A DNA stretch of 63,644 nucleotides, counting the filler, from Octopus bimaculoides (Eukaryota): NCBI RefSeq assembly GCF_001194135.2. It is 5 parts of 5 records of this genome, joined end to end, with 100 filler letters (N's around TTAATTAATTAA, not from the genome) between each part and the next. Parts side by side here need not be neighbours in the genome. Positions count along the whole stretch, not along the records: positions 57,814 to 63,644 come from NC_068990.1; 4 more parts are not named here. One strand, 5' to 3'. The notes beneath the pieces are model-generated. The model had not been told where the DNA came from. It saw only the letters and a list, made by a program, of their open reading frames with translations, and searched no databases. The translations under genes were made by a program, and so were the position numbers. Positions 60,850-63,644 of the stretch are shown piece by piece; within the stretch, counting starts at the first letter, position 1, and each line of letters opens with the position of its first letter.

Positions 60850-62560
60850 ACGATATTTGGAAACGGAGGAAACAACAATGGTTAATAACATCAATAAACA
60901 TCTTGAAACCCTGCTACAGATAATATATGGTTATGCAATTCGGATTAGAATAATGCGCCAGTATCACTGAAGGGACAAAATTTGATTATGCACACCAAAT
61001 TTGTGCTAGGTAAAGAAACTACAATTAGGTCCAACAGTTACTCAGAAATAGTTAAGAATCAATAAACTAACTCCACAGTGCATAACACACGTAGATCAAA
61101 ATAAAGTTTGAGAGGGGTATTATACACACCTAATAATAATACTTAAAATACATCAAATGCAAAAAACGGAAATAGACAAGAATTGTCTACTCGTCTGAGC
61201 AATACGTGACAGTTATTATAACTAAGATGAAAATTAAGGAGACTATACAAAAATATTAAAAAAAGGGAAACTTTTAACTCCATGCAGCATTTGCTGCCCA
61301 AAGTCATAGACAGACTATATTTATCTGGAAATACACCGCGATAAGGACAGTTATGTAACTTACAATGGAGAGCTAATAGAAATAGCTATAAACCACAAAC
61401 AAATTAAACATTCTTGTTTCCAAGGAAGTAAACAAATACGAACCAATTGTCAAGAGAAAAGCGAACAGAATTAAACATTATGAAAAACCTAAAGTCCTGG
61501 CTAACATTGAAACCAGAAATTGCGATGTTAAAGAGCTGCCGAAAAAGTTCTTACTTGATCAGTGTTTGGAAAAAAGAATCTAAATGAACAAAATGAAATG
61601 AAAGTCTCAACAACAGCCGAGAAGCGCAGACTTCAAGTTTGGGACGGCAAATTCCTTTATTGCCTTACAGGATTAAAAACACCGACATGTAAAAATATAA
61701 AGAAACAGAGTATATTAACTGTCTTTATAAGATGTGGATGCTAGGAAGAAACTGCTAACTAAATTCTCACTGACTGTCCAGTCCAAGCTAAGAAATTATA
61801 AATCTACAGACTTGACGGAACTGGAACTTTCTTGCATTGGAAGATATGGCATCATCATGGAATACCAGAGAAAAGAGGTCATGTTAATATATACGAGAAA
61901 AACGTATCAGAGAGTGACAAATTAAAAATACTTTGAGATATGACACTCCACATCGAGAGGTGAAATCTAATCAACCAGATATTTTTGTCAAGAGGCATGT
62001 GTGTTAGCACTCCGTCGCTTACGACGTCGAGGGTTCCAGTTGATCCGATCAACGGAACAGCCTGCTCGTGGAATTAACGTGCAAGTGGCTGAGCACTCCA
62101 CAGACACGTGTACCCTTAACGTAGTTCTCGGGGATATTCAGCGTGACACGGCTGACCCTTTGAATTACAGACACAACAGAAACAGGAAGTAAGAGTGAGA
62201 GAATGTTGTGGTGAAAGAGTACAGCAGGGTTCGCCACCATCCCCTGCTGGATCATCGTGGAGCTTTTAGGTGTTTTCGCTCAATAAACACTCACAACGCC
62301 CGGTTGGGAATCGAAACCGCGATTCTATGACCGCGAGTCCGCTGCCCTAACCACTGGACCATTGCGCCTCCCCTGTCAAGAGGCACGAGGGAGAGAGAAT
62401 ACCTCGTAACTCAACAAACGGAAATGCATCTCTGAGATAAATTGCGATATTATCCGAATATAAAGATCTAGAAATAGAGATACACTTAATATCGGGGCCA
62501 AGAAAGAAAACGGCTCCTAAAGTACGATAATTTCTTGCTAAAAAAAAAAAATAATAAAAT
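60850..62560 (+). mobile_element. R4/Dong-like RLE non-LTR retrotransposon relic, interrupted by a SINE
   Basis: PKVIDRLYL, RCGC.EETAN.ILTDCP...LHWKI...KIL*D...NQPDIFVK, YKDLEIEI motifs. Confidence 0.8.
61998..62373 (-). mobile_element. tRNA-derived SINE family C, tail variant 2, with 12-bp TSD
   Basis: TSD tgtcaagaggca at 61986-61997 and 62374-62385; head shared with 58771 copy. Confidence 0.92.
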
Positions 62561-63644
62561 AAAAGTAAGAAAAATATGAGAAACTATACAAACATAAAAA
62601 TCTAAAATTAGTGAAGTACTGAATGTCGCGACTGAAAAACGTAAACAGTCCTTATAAAATTAGATCCCTTCGAAAGGATGGAAACCGTGCATCCAATCGA
62701 TACATAATCAAAACACTACAACTTTAAAATATGCACAAAATACAGGAAATAGCCCTACCAGACACAACAAACATAATCTGTGCAGAATTGTCAATACAAT
62801 AGAAGATAACATCAGAACGAAACACTACAGAAACAAAAGGCCCACAAAGCTGCGTTCGGTACTGCAGATGAGACTCGTAAAAAATAACAATAATAACCAA
62901 CAAAGGGAAATAATTATAAAGCATGATTTTTTTGCAATTCCTTACAGCGAAAAAAAAATCTGATGGGAAATATTTAGCTTTTAATCATCTAGAAATATGC
63001 AATTCGTACAACATTAAATACGATATATATAAAGAATTCTTTGCGATATAACCGGTTAAGTTCATCTATAGAAAGATTTGGCATAGATTTCAATATTTAT
63101 CTGATTTCTTTTATAGCAAATAAAGAGTCTAGCTACAAAATTGGCACAGAAAACTCTCTACTGATTAAGTGTGTGAAAAAGTAGAACAGCTTCTGCAAAA
63201 TAACTTCAAAGTTCACATATCGGTCATTGTTGAAACATTTTTAAGTCTGGTGAGTAATAATACTTTTCCAGTAGCAGCTTACCATATTTTCATCCTCTGT
63301 CAATCTCAGAAATTGGAAGCATCTTTGATTGTAGTTCATCTTTCACACTTGACTAGCATAAGAAATTACCATGCACTGAAGAAATAACTATTTTTGCTTG
63401 TCGTCATTTTTTCTTCTTGTATACGCTATAGTAATTGTTTGTGTGTATATGTGTGCTTGTGTGTGTATGCGTGTGTCTGCGTGTGTGCATGTGTGCATGC
63501 GAATGAGAGTGCGTGTGTGCGTGCGTGAGTGTGTGCGTGCGTTAATTTATACTTATTTTTCTTGTTTTGGTTCGAAATTCACAATACGGTCAAACGTGCG
63601 TGCATGTGTGTACGGGATCATATATATATATATATATATATATA

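Noticed and set aside
63169-63250. Open frame ending at CTG|GTGAGT donor
   Set aside because: No good in-frame acceptor and no similarity to the expected ZDHHC23 continuation
331-63644. Numerous ORF-track entries rich in YI, CV, HT, LS or X
   Set aside because: Translations of dinucleotide or tetranucleotide microsatellites and N gaps

Overview
AT-rich, microsatellite- and retroposon-dense animal genomic DNA with many N gaps. The repeat content suggests a coleoid cephalopod, probably Octopus (inference). One host gene is confidently identifiable: a ZDHHC23-type palmitoyltransferase on + with three coding exons (46663-46775, 48648-49204, 52361-52472). Their splice phases join in frame and the DHHC cysteine-rich domain is intact; later exons were not found. 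The rest is mostly three or four tRNA-derived SINE families, LINE relics (RTE, CR1/L2, R4/Dong-like, HERO/NeSL-like), Penelope-like elements with hammerhead-ribozyme motifs, two mariner relics, a Gypsy gag-protease relic plus an LTR, a Chapaev3-like relic, TTAA MITEs and a truncated tRNA-Gly. Four 100-bp N44-TTAATTAATTAA-N44 scaffold linkers mean long-range order is not guaranteed. Most interesting observations: a well-formed type I hammerhead (14873-14967, minus); a sharp CpG-decay footprint over the ZDHHC23 gene body; an unclassified decayed ORF of about 260 codons (44214-44985); several long hairpins; SINE head/tail shuffling and SINE arrays with triplicated flanks; an RTE with three C2H2 fingers; and candidate small exons of unidentified genes at 28.3-30.4 kb. 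Repeat boundaries are approximate and all family names were assigned by eye without database searches.
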